A stretch of 64,000 bases of DNA. It comes from Cycas panzhihuaensis. Lineage: Eukaryota; Plantae; Cycadophyta. Each line of letters begins with the position of its first letter. Position 1 is the first letter of the stretch. The position numbers and the translations under genes were made by a program. The notes under the pieces are model-generated. The model was not told the origin of the DNA. It did no database searches and saw nothing but the letters and a program-made list of their open reading frames with translations. Positions 49,617-64,000 of this stretch are shown one piece after another. Location: positions 26,047,741 through 26,111,740 of the forward strand of contig CM041465.1 in the NCBI GenBank assembly GCA_023213395.1. The letters are read 5' to 3'.

Positions 49617-52600
49617 TGTTTCCCAGCTATCAAGAATGGGCATGGGGGAGTCAACTTATGTAAGTATATATATACGTATATCCCTTACCATTATCAGTTC
49701 TAGGAAAGGTTGATTGAAGCATTACATCTACATCACACGATGATTGACTTATCGCATAACCATTATGCATCTATTACTTGACTGCATTACATCTTAGCCC
49801 TTTTCAGCCAATGACAATTTAGGAATGTGTATCCCATGGCACTCCACAACCTTCCTTTATGTCTCCACAGTGTTCCCAAGTATCACTTGGACCTTGTAGC
49901 CCAATCTTATCACCTATCGCCGCATCACCACCTCTAGCACCTCACCTAGGCTCGGTCGGCATCCTCCACTTATTTGTTGACTTTTCTTGGGACTTCTTGC
50001 CTTTAGTACCTATATATTAGTGGATTTCCTAAGCCCCACAACCCTTTCCTACCACCTAAATAGGGTGTCATGTGCCTCTAGGCCTGAGTTTCCCTCTTTT
50101 CAAGCTTCAAAGCTTCTCTCTTTTTATTCTTTTCTTATGTTCATCCTGCACTGTGATAAACTTCACAACACTGCTAAGTTTACTGTGGGGTGATTGTCAC
50201 AATTTATTTTTTAAAATCTGCCATGGCTAATTTTGCATTTATTGTAAAATTTCCATGTGGCAATGATTTATTCCTGGCCCAGGTTGAACCCTAATTGCTT
50301 GATTGATCTAGGGTTGGGTTTAAAAACCCAAAAACAACTTTATTTTACCTCTTCTTGGCTCTCTCACTCAAGTTTTTCACATAATTCTCTCTAGAAACAC
50401 CCTACAATAAGACAAGTTTTCCATTAACAACTTCTAAGCTAGCCACTAGCCCTCTACAGCTCTAGATCTATAGCAGTAGGCCTGCACCATGGCCAGTGAA
50501 GGGAAGGACACACTCTAAGTGCTTCATTAAGTGTAGATCTCCCATCTCACTCCAAGTTTCTCTCATCTTGCTACTCCTTTGGGGTTTAACCTGTAAACTC
50601 CATAGGGCTAGTCATTTTCTCTCATTCCTTAGGTAGATCTACCTCTAGTCTACCCATAACAGGTACCTCTAGACTAGTATCTCATTTCCTTTTCCTTTAA
50701 ACAACATAAAAGTCAGTTGTTAGTATTTTCTCTCTACTTTTCCACCATAAATAGGAGGCAAATCCTCCCCTTCCCTACTTGTTTCCTTTTTCCTTCTGGT
50801 TCCTTCCTAGTTTCTCTAAGGAGGCAACGAGGAAGAGTCACTCACAAGAGAGTGAAAGGAGCAAAGGCAGGGTTCTATACCCAGCAAGCCTTCTCCTTAA
50901 AGGCATACCCCTTCTCCCCTACATCTTCCTTCTTCGTGCCTCCCTTGGGTTTCTAAGAGGCTATTGGTAAGGAGGTCTCTACTGGAAGTAGCGTATGTAG
51001 CCCATTATTGCACTTGTTACTAGTCTTGCAGGCCCTACACAAGTGGGATTTCAGCCCCATATCACACCCTGCTCATCTCTTGGAGTTAGGCTTTGTTGAG
51101 GTTGAAAAAGTTATACTTTGCAACTTTTGCAACATTGGCGATAAATGCAACTTCATCCACAACTTGTTGCTTGCATTCTAAGAGCTTTGTTGTATCTGTC
51201 CCCCTTTGTCTTCTTGATACTTAGACAACATGGATCATTTCTTACTAGGAGGGTTATCCATTCTGAGACTATCCACCCTCTTTCTCCTCTTAGCCCCTTT
51301 TTTCCCTATGGTTTGCAAAATAACATAAAAGGAACTAAGAGTGGTTTTGTTCTAAAATTATTTCTTTTGGTTAAAATACCATATATCATATTATCTCATA
51401 TATTGTATTTTCTGCCCTTGGGAAAGGGAAAACATCATTCAATTACAAGTTTTTGTCTTATCACGCGTGGAGAGGAAGAAGGAAATCCTGATCCAGGTAT
51501 GCTGCTACCTTTCCAACCATTATTTCTTTTTGGGTCTTCAAGTTGCAAGATAGAATGGTAATTATTTTTGTTTTTTTTCTTTCTTGCAATACTTTCTTTC
51601 TATTTTTTATTTCCTTTTGACTTGGGGGAAGGTAAGGGAGCCCCCACCCCTCTTCGCCGGCACCATTCTGTTGTGTCGCCCGTGGTTGGGGTAGAATGAG
51701 GAAAGCAAGCATAATAAGGAAAGCTCTACTATCACCCACCTAGCTCCAGGTATGCCTTCCACTTCCCTTGATCCTCCTCTCCTTACTTCCTTCCTTTCAC
51801 CTACATATCATTTAAGGAAAGGAAAAGAAGAAGAACTAGTTTAGGCCATTTGTACTTCGCTAGTTTGCTTGCTTACTTGATAAAGTACATGTAACTAGAA
51901 TCCTACATATTTACAAACTTACTTGGTTGCATTGCTTGTTGAACTTTCATCTTTTGCATATGTCTTGTATTATATAGCTACCTTGTTATCTCTCTTTCTT
52001 TCATGTTTAAAGGATAATGAGAGCAAGGATATATGTGTGAGAGACAAATGAGTGAGAACTTTATATAGTTTATTTACTTAGCGACTTCTTGCATTTAAGG
52101 ACACATTGTTGCATGCACCACAACTCCTCTACACTACTCGACATCACAACCGACAAGCATAAACCTTGAGACATTCCTTTCATTAGTTCCTATCCCTATA
52201 ATCCGTTTAGATTTATCACCTTAAGGGAACTCCCCTTTTAGGTTGCTTTCCTTATCTTCCCTAGCCGTCTTGGGTAGACTACCTTAGCACGGTCTTTAGG
52301 TCGATACCTAACCTGTGAGCCTAGTCACCCCACTAACTCCTTATGTGTGTGTGTGTGCTGTTGTTTTCTCCTTCCTTTACCAAAACACTTCCTTCATACC
52401 CCTTTTCCTATGCGAGAAGCCATCCTCGCGCTCATCTTTTCCTCCCTCCTTCAGCCACCTAAGGATGAGAGGGCCTTTCTCTTTGGGGTTACTTGGGAAA
52501 TCGAGGATATCCCTCACATACTCATCACTCCTAATTGAGGTAGAGTTACCTCAAAGGAAGTTCACGTGCCATTTGCGGGTCTCAAACCTACATTTCAATG

Positions 52601-52720
52601 CACAAACACCCTTTGTGGGTGATTCTTTCACTTACCCCATAAGATCCTTAGCCTTGGAACCTCTTATTATTTCTTTTATCTTATCTAAGTATAGTTACCC
52701 CTCCCAGAGGTGTAATTCTA
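49617..52720 (+). repeat. 3' LTR of Tat element (3104 bp)
   Basis: Colinear with the 5' LTR, preceded by a short purine-biased tract (aagggcgcag) and followed by the TSD. Confidence 0.93.
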
Positions 52721-54247
52721 GTGTGTAAAAGAAGCCATTATTGGGTAACCTTTGCACAATTCTAAGAGAAAGTGCTAAGCCCATTTGCAGGTGTAGAATT
52801 TTTTGTAGAGATGTGACATGGATAGAAGTTATAAAAGAAGTGGACTCAGCGTGCCTTCTAGAAATGGAAATATTAAATATTGATAAGAGTGATATGAAGG
52901 AGACTTAAATAAATGAAGTTTATAGCTATGGGTTGATGCAATTATCATTGACTCCAGGTCAACATATAGTCATGACCTGAATCAAATACATTAGTGTCAT
53001 ATTTGTATTGGTTTGAAAACTTAATGAAATTATCTTTGAGAGGGGATATGTTAGATGCATATAAGACAATAGGGATAATTTTATCCTTTAGCATAAATTT
53101 TAAACTATAGACTAAATCCCCACTTTCATATTAAGGTGAGATGTTAGAGTGGCAGTTTAAATTAACCACTTATGGTTAATTCTAGGTGGCAATTAATTAA
53201 TGTTAAGCCAAATGGTATAAATACCAAAAGTTGCAACCATTGTATAATGCACTATTTAGGGTGTTACATAAAATTCTAAGTGGCATCAATCAACCATATC
53301 AAGGAAGATATATCAATTAAGATTAGAAGAAATATAGTTAACCATTTTTTTTTATGTGTGGAATTATTTCTAAAAGGATTTTCTCATATAAACCTATGTA
53401 TAATATACCTATGCTCTTTTATATATGCTTATATATATATGATTAAGATCCTGGCTATTAAAAATGCATGATTATAATTTCATGTTTCTTTGTAGTAGGG
53501 AATATGTTTAAATATCAATTGTCTTCACATGTGTGATTGTTAGACTTTTTGGATTTGATATCATAATGCCATTTATCAAACACCTTGTAATTACCATAGG
53601 ATTGAATCACGTCAACATGGAAGAATTTGTCATTAAGATTAAAATATATTATATGATCATCATAAGAGCATAGTGTCAACAATAATGAACATCAAACATT
53701 CAATATTAAGACATAAGGTTTAATTTAATAAAATCTCAAGATGAGGAAACATCCACCATTAAAAGAATAGGATATCATTACTAAAGATATTTCATAAGTA
53801 TATAATGAGATCACATTTGGTTCTATTAGGGAAGTACTAGGTGTCTTCATGAGTTATAATGAATATGGTATACTCTTATATAGAAGTACTTCACCTCATT
53901 AATGACTAATGAGGTTACACTAATTATCCACTAACGAGATTGCGTGTGAAAACCTTAGCAACATTCAATCAAATGAGAGTTTGCATAATTTTAATGTTGC
54001 CCATACTTATCACAACTTTTAGACGGCATGTCTAATGTATAATGACTTTATCACAATAATAACACCATTAGATATTATTAAATTGCTACCATGGATTGAC
54101 CATAGATTAAATGTTACTTTCTAATACTGCCCGTTAATGTTTAATAGGTATTTTTACTGTAACATCATCAATTTATCTTTATTTTTAGGTTGCTTCATAT
54201 GTATTTCCTATTTTTACATTTTTTTTTTTTCTTAATACTAAATTTAT

Positions 54248-57200
54248 TGTTGATGTCGTAGTTAATTATTAAGCCACTTAGTTAATGTTAATGTGATTTA
54301 ATTAAGTGAAAATGTGTGAATCCAAGGTGCGACTTATTCGGAGGGTCACAACCATAATTGAGTGACACCTCTTGGGAGAGTATAAATGCTTGGAGGCCTT
54401 GTGTATTCAACATCAAAGATCATTGTATTAATTCATTATGAAATAATCAAGTGATCCATCAAGGATCCTTTTGTGGTGGGTTTTTTTTCAAAAGGGTTTT
54501 CCCACATAAATTCCTATATATTGTGCATCTGTTATCTATGTATATTTATTTGCTTGCTGTGTATGGTAAAAGATTCTATGGTTGGGAACATTTATGTATG
54601 ATTTCATATTGCCAAATATGGTATCAAAGTTGTAGGGTCCTACACAACTAAAGCTTGACATTGAGTGGAGTGGTGTGATTATTGATTGACAGGTAACACT
54701 GTCTAACCCAAGACGAATCTTGAGGGTCCATAAACCCCAATAATGTGTAGAATTAAGTACAGTGTATTAGTGGTGGTTGAAGCAGTGAAGATCACTATTC
54801 AATGGAGAATAAGGGTTCTTGGGAGTTGATATTCAAGCGTGAAGACCATGTTTGTGGTTGTAGTTGGCTCGTTGGGGGTTATCCGAAGCCAGTTGAATAT
54901 TATTGCAATAATTCAAGCTAGCAGAGCACACATTGATGGCGACTCAGAGACTATAAAGACAACCAACCTTGTATATAAGTAAGTCGATCATTTTTTCACC
55001 CAAAACACTATAAAATTCAAAAAAGGGGAAGTTTTTCTTCTGGTGTTACCTTCATTCAGTCTATATAAGGGAGAGATTGGAGCCTTCTTGAGTCATTTTT
55101 AGCCCTCTATACTGAGATTTGATGAAGCACATAGCAATATAAAGCATTATCCACTGTATTTTTGAGTTGTAGTGCTTTTACAAGTGGGAGTATGACCTCT
55201 TATCTCCACTAGATACACCTTGTTGAGCCTACATCTATGTGTTGAGATAGTTGGGCTATTTGTATGCTATTTTGGAGACTTGTATACTTTAAATAAGCAC
55301 TGTATAGTTGTTTTGAGGTTGTCTAATAGTGTAGTGTGTTGGTTGGGTGTGATTTGGAGGTATTTGGGTGGAGCTGGGACTATTTACCTATTGTATTTAA
55401 GTCTTTTTGCCTCACTAAAGACTGGTTAGCATTTATTAGTATTGGCTGAGTGTGGTCTAGAGGCTGTTGGGCAAAGTTGGGATTGTTTACCTACTGTTTT
55501 CAAGTCTTTTTCCCTCTCTAAAGACTATTTGGGCATGTTTTGGAGGTGGTTGGATAACATTCAGGCTACTTACCAGTCGTACATAGTGGGTGTAGGCCTC
55601 TATCTTCGTGCGCTAGTCTGTGTAGTGTACACGGGCCAGTTTAGTATTGTGGCAATCGCATGCACGGTAAGGTGACTTTTCATTTCACTTTTGAATGATT
55701 TTTACTAAGGTTTAATACTTAGTAAATCATAATCTCATTTATGCCTTTCATTTTAATCATATGGGTTAAGTGATAAGGTGTGATGTATTTGAAAAGTCAT
55801 AACTTTAAGAATATACCTTTTGGTATATTCTCCTTAATAATAAAATATAAAAAAGAAGACCCTTAGACCTTTGATACATTATATTTTACTTATTGTGAGT
55901 ATATTTGGAGTATTCTTAGTCTATTTTGAGTGCGGATCGAGGAGATCTTTTGTGATTTAGGCTTGGAGACCATGCACTATAGCCATGTGGAGTTATCCTT
56001 TGTTCTTGGAGCATTGTTTTGAGTGCCTTAAGGGTCATTTTTGACACCTTTTTAGGGGTATTTTAAGGTCGTTTGTTGATGGTTGATGAGGCATAAATAG
56101 TTGGTGGCTCACTTAACATGGGTATAGTCAGTGTTGGGTGCCCTTGGAAGCATGCTTGTGAGCTAGAGGAGGAAACAAGGGTGTAATTTTATCTTGCAGA
56201 CATTTATTTTTGTATTGATTATTTCGTATTGTAGCCCATTTCTCGAAGATGGAGTGCATTATGCCCAAAGTTATCTTTACTGGTAATAATTTCAGTGAGT
56301 GGAAGGCTAATATGGAACTTATTATGATGGTGAATTAACTCTGGGGAATCACCAAGATGAAAGTGGACATGATTCCATTAGACCATAAGGAGCAAATTTG
56401 TCTCAAAGAGAAGTAATTTATAGCTGTAGGACTATTGAAACTATCATTGGTGCTAGACCAGAGAGCGTTGGTTCATAATTTAGACAAACCAACTTAGATA
56501 TAGAAAAAACTATGTGATACGTTTAAAAAGAAGTAGAGGAATAAACATCTTATACTAATGTTGGAATTACTCAACTCACATGTGGAGGATGAGAACATCA
56601 ACTCCTACCTTAACAAGATTACATACTTGAAGAATAAGCTAGAGGAATTGAAGCCAAACTCGATCGATGATGCATTGCTATTCATAATGATCATGTCGAA
56701 ACTACTGACTGTCTTTGCCATATTCCAGACCATTTATGGTAGAGATGAAGTGATAGAAGTAAAGATGTTTGATGGGGTTGAAAAACCTAATTCTAATAGA
56801 GGATGCTAAGCTCAAACATCATGGTATGCTTGGAGGTTCTGGTTCAAGTCAAGCCTTAGCTATGAAAACTTAGAGGAAGGAGGCCATTAAGGAGGAGAAG
56901 ATCACATAGAGGTTAGAAGAAAGTTCTTAAGACAAAAAGAAGTTGAATGAGAAATGCAATTACTGCAAGAAGGATGGTCACAATGAGAAAAACTATTAGT
57001 TCAAGCATCATGACAAGTAAAAAGTCAACTAGGATGATAAAGGGAAGAACGTTGCTACTCACTGCATCCAAGTAAAAGCCTTATCAGCCAAATTAGATCA
57101 GAGAGATTCTTGGGTGCTTGACTCTGGAGTGCATAAGCACATTTCTTACTAAAGCAGAACTTTAATACAATGACTTTAAATAAGAGTGGTGCTAAGATTA

Positions 57201-57972
57201 TCCTTGGAGATGCTCACGTTTTGTCAGTAGAAGATATCAGCGAAGTTTCCATTATAGGAGGTAAATTTATCGGGATATATTATGTACCAAAGATATAGTT
57301 GAGCCTTCTTTCATCCCAAGAGATCTACAAACAAGGTATGAAGGTGGAGCTCTATGATGATAAATGTCTAATTAAGGATCCAAAATAGAACTTTACTATC
57401 ATAGCTACCAGGAAAGTTAGGGACAACTTCTGGGTGTTTGAGAAGTTTCAATCTTAGAAGAAGTCCTATGCCTTTATTACTAGCGTAGATGATGTGAGTA
57501 AGTTGTGGAACAACTGGCTATGTCACCTTAATTATAGGAGTATTGCACTATTTAAGAGGTTGAAGATGGTGGAAGGATTATCATCAGTTACTTACTCAGA
57601 TGGTGTGTGCGAAGGGTGTATGTATGGCAAGCACCACCACTACCCTTTTTCTCAAGATAATGCTTAGAGAGCCAAGGAGAAGCTAGAGCTTATACATTCA
57701 TATATAATGGGTCCTCTTGCTAACCCTTCGATATCTGGAGCTTGTTATACCCTTGTATTTGTAGATGACTACACTAAGAAGGCCTGGGTTTACTTTTTCA
57801 AGAACAAGTCAGACGTGTTTGATCGCTTTTGTGACTAGAAAATGATGGTTAAAAATGAATGTGATAAGAAAATAAAGTCGCTAAGAAGCAATAATGGCAA
57901 GGAATATGACAATAATATATTTAATCAGTTTTGTTGTAATCATGGTATAAAGTGGGAATCTATGGTCCCATA
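54248..57972 (+). mobile_element. 3'-truncated Ty1/copia element (LTR ~54248-54618, Met PBS 54619-54630, ~1.6-kb leader, gag-PR-partial INT)
   Basis: PBS tggtatcaaagt. Coding sequence breaks off inside integrase. No RT or second LTR seen downstream. Confidence 0.85.
56249..57972 (+). pseudogene. gag-pol: Copia gag-protease-integrase pseudogene fragment
   Basis: FTGNNFSEWK, CNYCKKDGH, WVLDSGVHKHI, LWNNWLCHLN, FVDDYTKKAWVYFFKNKSDVF...IKSLRSNNGKEY...WESMVPY. Confidence 0.88.
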
Positions 57973-60900
57973 TCTTTGCTTTTATTATATCAAAGAACCT
58001 TTTGCAATTGACGTAATATTGTCAATTATTGCATAAGTGATCAATATAAATAAGGTGGTTTCTTCATTCTATTTATTGATTTGAGCCTAATGAATTGGTC
58101 AACAATTGTCCTTATTCTAAAATTTCAACAATCAAATAATAAAGTCACTCTTTCTTTTCATCATAAATAAGGTTCTCTTTGTTCTTGAAAAATGTATTAA
58201 ACATATGAAATACCTAATATGAACCAACTTACAATATTCTTGAGCATCTTATCACTGAAAAATCCATCAACCTAAGTTATAAATGCATGATGGAACCATT
58301 AACAAACACATTGAGTGTTAATATTCCTTAAACAAACCCCAAGGAAGAACTTGTAAAACTCATCAATCTTCACTTCATTCACTTTTAATGATTAAAAATT
58401 ATGTTAAATCTTTGTCAAATAGGTCCAAATGACTAGTCATCTCAAATCTAAAATGGGTTAATGTCACAAGGTCATTACATTAGTTGATTATTTCTAAAAA
58501 GGGTCTTAAGTAAACTTTAAATTAGATCACTAAAGTAAAATGCACTTTCATGTGCATTATGTGTAATTTCATTTCACCTAACTCTAATGCTCCCTCTCTC
58601 AATATAAAAGTAAAATCTTAATGGAGGAGGCTCATTCTTACCTCCCCATTTTATGAGAGCTACTCTCTTTCTATCAAATCTCTCTTGCTTCCATGTTTTC
58701 TTTTATACTTAGTGCATGGATATAAAGGATAGATCCACAGTTTTCAAAATTCTTATGAATTTTCTATCCACTACAATTTATGGTTTTATGTGTGGACTTC
58801 ATATGATAAAGCTAAGATAAAAATTTGATGTCGTCTCATCAAAAATCAATATGAAGTTTCAAAATATAACTTAACTCATGTTTTATATTTTTTCTCAAGG
58901 GTCTTGGTCATGTGAATTACGTATATGACTATGAGTTATGAGTTGGGGTTTTAGACACCAAACACAATTAAAATTTAATTTAATTTGTTATGACTTAGGG
59001 TTAAATAATTTTAACAAAGTCATTCAATTTTTTATTTTGTGTGAAGGTGATGATTTGTATAGGTAGTAAATAAATTTTGTTATTTCGCTTTTCTCCTTGG
59101 TGTTTCTTCTATGTTCTCCAACTTCTCTATGGGTATAATGTCTAGCATTCTTACTATAATTTGTGTTGGCCTAAGTGCCATCAAATCCTCCATTCTTTTT
59201 AATATGAATACAGTTGTTTTGTTTAGCAATTTTGGCATATGCCTCTATGTATCTTATATTATTAGTTTCCACATGCCCTTCAACATTTTTCTTTCTACTC
59301 AACTTTTTTATATACAAACCTCTATGGCATGCTACCTGCATGTCTATGGGATTGCAGTCTTTATATGTATCTTCCTTGCTTAGCGAATGATCCATTAATG
59401 CCTCTGTCTGAACTACCATTTCTTTTATTACTTGATGCATTTCCTATTGGAGGGTCCTCACCATCCTACATGCCATATGCCCTCCTCTGGGCATTTCCCA
59501 TTTGAGGGTTTCCTTGAACCATGTGCACATATATATATTATATCCTTTTGAATGACAAACCAACATATTGCTACAACTTTTTTCTCACTCTATTCTTTGC
59601 AATTTTGCCCTTATCTTGAGGGTATTGACTTCATATTTCAATCCATATACTCTATGCAAAAATATTTTGTAAACTTCTCATAAACTCCTTTTGGACTTAT
59701 TTTATTCTAAAAAACTCTTAATTTATAATGTTTGTGGTTTGCTCATGACCTACGATATCCACCCTCTCAATTCCTTCTACTTGTGATTTTATGTTATTCT
59801 TTATTATTGATTGGTGGATTCTCTCACAATGGTGCCATTTTGCTATGAATTAATTCATGCTAACTATCTTACAATTGGTGTATTAACTTTTATAAATATA
59901 GGGCCATAATCTATCATAATCATTAAAATGCTCACAACTAATAAATAATGGGTGGTTTATCATATCTCAATAATGTCTTAGCAATTAGTGCCTTTTTTTT
60001 TCCTAGCAATTGAGAGATCCAAATTAGGCTTCTCATCATTGGGCTTCTTCTAAATAAATCTAGACAATAGTCTTGCATGAGTTGTCACCATAGATTTTTA
60101 CATAGACTTACTACTCAACTTCATAGATATGTTATTGTAAATCTATTTTCTACTGGACTTTGTGTGAATTTTGAAACCCTTTCCTTTAACTATCAACAAC
60201 ATTAATGATGAGCTCATAATTTATTTGAAAACATTTAAACTTATACACTATGCATTAATGTTTTTTTTATTTACACTAAGTCTTTAATTCTTCCCCTCAA
60301 ATGAAAATTCTTCCTCAAATTTTTGATTTACTTCATAATTGGTTTATGATGATTTTTATAATTGATCTAAAATTTCAACTATTAATTTTCCAAACTTTTC
60401 ATTGATAATTTTCCTTATTCGGCCAACTTCTTGCAAATAGAAACTTATTTTCTTATAACTTTAAATTTGAGAATCGATCTCTTTTATCTCACTTTTAGAA
60501 TTGATCTATTTTGGGTGATTATATACTACATGCTTGGAGGCACTACCATACTTATAAAAGCCATTTTTTTTAAAATATAATTTAATTAAATAAAACTTGG
60601 TAGAATTTGCAATTCATACTTCAAACATCAATTGATTTCTTGATAATATGTTACTTGGTATATGCATTTGCCAATAACATATATCATTCAAAAATTTTAC
60701 TTTAAACTAACATATAAACCTACTTTTCACCACTTATTTGAGTTATTTATAGGGTTTAAGATTTTTCTTCAATTTTATTAAATCACATAATAGGTTTGAC
60801 CTTTGAATGGTCTCTTCATTTTTGCCATCATATGTGTTTATCTCTATGAATAAATTTGGTTTAGTAGACATCACAATATAAATTTTATCTTTAATATTGA

Positions 60901-62700
60901 GTACTAATTGCACCTTATTATCTTTCTATCACATTTTTAATCCTTACGTTTTGAGTTATCCTTTTGTTTTTCTATAATATATTGGGAAAATACTTTACCA
61001 CAAGGGTTTCATGGACTTATTGAATACATTGGGCACATCTATTTATACTTCCAACCACTAACAAATATGCTCCACCATGTTCACCTTTGAAATTAGTTGA
61101 TCTATCAATTATGTTTGAGACTCTCAACATCTAACCTAATAGTAGCATTCCTCCATGGACATTTTACGCTTCTTTATAAGACTTTCATCTAACATCAACA
61201 AAATACACTTGAAGTTATAGATTGATTCATAATATCTTACAAAGAAAAATATTTATATTTACTTCCAAACTGAAGCGCTTCCCAAACAAAGTGGGGCTCT
61301 CTTTTAATAATATGTTAAAGTAATTACATACTTAATAAAGTTATAAATAGACTATTGTTGCCTTACCATACCTATCACCATCTCACACACCCTATGAGAC
61401 TTTGTCTATACTTGCCTAAACTTCATAAAACAATAGTTATTCGTGTCCTTCAACTCAACAAGTTTTAGTAATTAGTATTTACCTTTATTTTAACACATGT
61501 CATAGAACTATATTTCACTAGATTTGTTTCATACTATACCAATTTTACTCTCCTTTAATAATTTTCACAATTGTTTCTATTTTTATATTCTTCACAATTG
61601 GGGTCACCTTCACAATAACTCTAAAATAAGGATTCTCTTCTTAACTTTGCATTATAGGCTTGCAACTTGTTTCAATTTGTATTGTAACTTGGAACCTAGC
61701 TTTCTGGTAGCAAATCCTTCTCTAAAGGTACTTACAAATGCCTCTAGAATCTCTCCTATCTTAGACAAGTTGCATAACACCATGGATTGTCCTTGAATAC
61801 CAAAGATTATCACCACATGTGTGAACTCCACTGCAAACACTTTTCCTCTCATGACAACATATTGATGTTATTGGCTACTACTTGCACTTGTATTGGCTTT
61901 ACCTTATAGGGTGATCAAGCCCACATAGGAGCCTGCTACTCTACCATGGCTTTCAAACTTATAGACCCACCTTTAACACCTGTATTCTACATGTGTATGG
62001 ACCTATATGTATAATAAACATTCATAAAATGAAAATTCATAATGCAACATTATCATCAATTTTTGAAAGTCTAATCTTCATCCTATATGTAGTTTATTAA
62101 CTCATCATGTCTTACAAATTTACTAGTCACCATTAGCATATTCCTAATTCCATGATTTAATAAGCTCTTCATAGTTCTTTGTTGTCTCATGGCTACTTTT
62201 AATAAGTTCTTGCTTCATAATCTACCATACAATCTTTCACCTACCTACTTTATACATACAAACCCACTCTTACTTTATATGTATATGCTTATACTTTCTT
62301 GATATAGGAATCTCTAATAGCATATTAGATTTTTTGGGTTTGATATTATCATAAAGATAACTATTAAATACCTTACAATTATGATAGGTTCAAATCACAT
62401 CTTTCTTTCTTTCTCTCTGATACAAATCTTATAATACCCTAATCATAAGTTAATTTTTGAAAACTATAGTGCTCTATGCATTTCATCTAATAAATTATTT
62501 ATGCATGGAATAGGATAATGATTTTCATCATTAATTTGTTTAACCATCAGTAATCTATATACATCAAATATGATCCATCTTTTTTGGGATTGACTACAAC
62601 TAGTGATGTAAATAGGCTTGAACTAGTTGTGAGGTATCCTTGACTTAGTAATTCCCTTGTGATATTTTTAATTTCTCTCTTTAGTTAATAAGGGTATCTA

Positions 62701-64000
62701 TGTTAAAACATAATGTTTAATGTGGATTTATTATACACATATACTTCTCATCATTCACTTATATTGAGAGATATAAGATGCACATATATCTATGTTATCA
62801 CTTTATTGGATGATGTAAAGACTTATTATATTTAATAGACTACTTATGAGGTGATTTTACTATTTATATGTACACTCACCACTTAAGAACTTGAGAAAGG
62901 AGAGAAGATAAAGATGTAAACCTTATGATCATAATTAGAGTCCTATCTCCACCTTCTTCCATGGTATTTTTCATAATGGGCTTTCCACATATACATCTTA
63001 GTATCCATCTTATGGTGTTTACGTTACATGTTTGATATTTGATAGTTATGTTGATTAATTCACTATATGTACATACTCATGAGTTTATTATTATTGCATC
63101 TTTTATATTTTTAACATGGTATCATAGCAACTTTGGTACCTATTTTAATATTGTATCAGAACAGAGTTGAATCTAAGTTACTATGGTGAGGTAAAAATCT
63201 TATCAATCAAGCCTATCAAGCCTATGACAAGAGCCAAATATGAGGTATTATTTGTTGAACTAGTTATATGAATATACCAATGATATGCGTAATAGATTAC
63301 TAGGCACATGAAGCCTGTCAAACCACATACAATAGCTATAACAGATACTGATGGTATGTTAATATGTTAATTTTATGTGGATATTTCATTTATGTATGCT
63401 AGGCCCTATATTCAAAGCCTGCAAGTACTTAAATCAGTCCACAAGAAATGATTATATTTAGTCTATAAGTAAAGGATTTTGTGAGTGTCCTTTAATGAAT
63501 TTGCTATCGCTCATGGACCATTCTAAAGGCATTTGTGAGTATCTCACATTGAGATTTACTACCAAAATGAGAACACTCCATCAGTACACACTAAACATGT
63601 AGTAGGCATGTACAATAGTATGTTGATAGGTGTATTAATAACAACATGAAAGGTACATAGCATATAACAATTGTAATAAATTACATGTTTATGAGAGTAC
63701 TCTTTTATTATAAAATATGGATGATTTATATATACATGGCATGAATTATTAATTGAAGGCATGACTACTTAGGTTATGACTGAATGTTAAACCCTAGATG
63801 ATGGTATAAATTATTTTGTTGAATATGTATAAATTACACATATTTATATTTGATTTCGACATGAAAATTTACATTACATGTAAACGAATTTTACATATGA
63901 TAGCATGAGAATATTATTAGAGATCCTAGTAGCTAGATCATGAGGGGAGAAATAGGGACATCATTGGCCTTGCCATCATGAAAGTGACACTATGTAGATC
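62701..64000 (+). mobile_element. 5' LTR (~62701-63116), Met PBS (63117-63128) and start of the internal region of an element-A-family member in opposite orientation
   Basis: ...TTTTAACA followed by TGGTATCATAGC. The core ccatggtatttttcataatgggctttccacata is a reverse-complement homologue of ~1413-1450. LTR start is approximate. Confidence 0.65.

Larger units (their letters stand above)
35062..52720 (+). mobile_element. Full-length Tat-clade Ty3/gypsy retrotransposon (17.7 kb) with aRH downstream of integrase
   Basis: LTRs 35062-37862 and 49617-52720. TSD GCGTG/GTGTG (one CpG transition). Arg-type PBS. CX2HX4HX4C knuckle. gag-PR-RT-RH-INT followed by accessory ORFs. Confidence 0.93.
32812..53494 (+). 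mobile_element. Old non-coding or heavily decayed LTR element D hosting the Tat insertion
   Basis: Diverged direct repeats 32812-33167 and 53142-53494 (cttatggttaat, taaatacca, aagatcct). PBS-like tgacaccagacc at 33168-33179. Purine tract before 53142. TSD not convincing (ACAAG/GTAGG). Confidence 0.6.

Noticed and set aside
59110-59600. 89-aa minus-strand ORF, possibly a gag remnant
   Set aside because: No diagnostic motif and no boundaries could be established.

Overview
Eukaryotic, AT-rich, CpG-depleted DNA made almost entirely of old, nested LTR retrotransposons. The element types suggest a large land-plant genome, most likely a gymnosperm (inference). No intact host gene is visible. The main contents are: (1) a full-length non-chromoviral Ty3/gypsy element (2279-12185, TSD ACAGG) whose single gag-pol frame has four zinc knuckles and two extra capsid-like (Gag CA-NTD) repeats between protease and RT, plus a downstream extra ORF; (2) two related non-coding LTR elements nested around and beside it (1197-18871, 13396-17244); (3) a WAK-like receptor kinase pseudogene fragment (~23050-23451); (4) a full-length minus-strand Ty1/copia (25126-30607, TSD AGAAA); (5) a 17.7-kb Tat-type Ty3/gypsy element (35062-52720) with ~3-kb LTRs whose 3' region carries a head-to-head accessory cassette, namely an antisense, intron-containing plant-mobile-domain gene and a stand-alone archaeal-type RNase H; (6) a copia truncated inside integrase (54248-57972) and further LTR remnants. 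All coding regions are pseudogenised, mostly by C>T/G>A stops. Translations and alignments were done by eye, and no database search was run.
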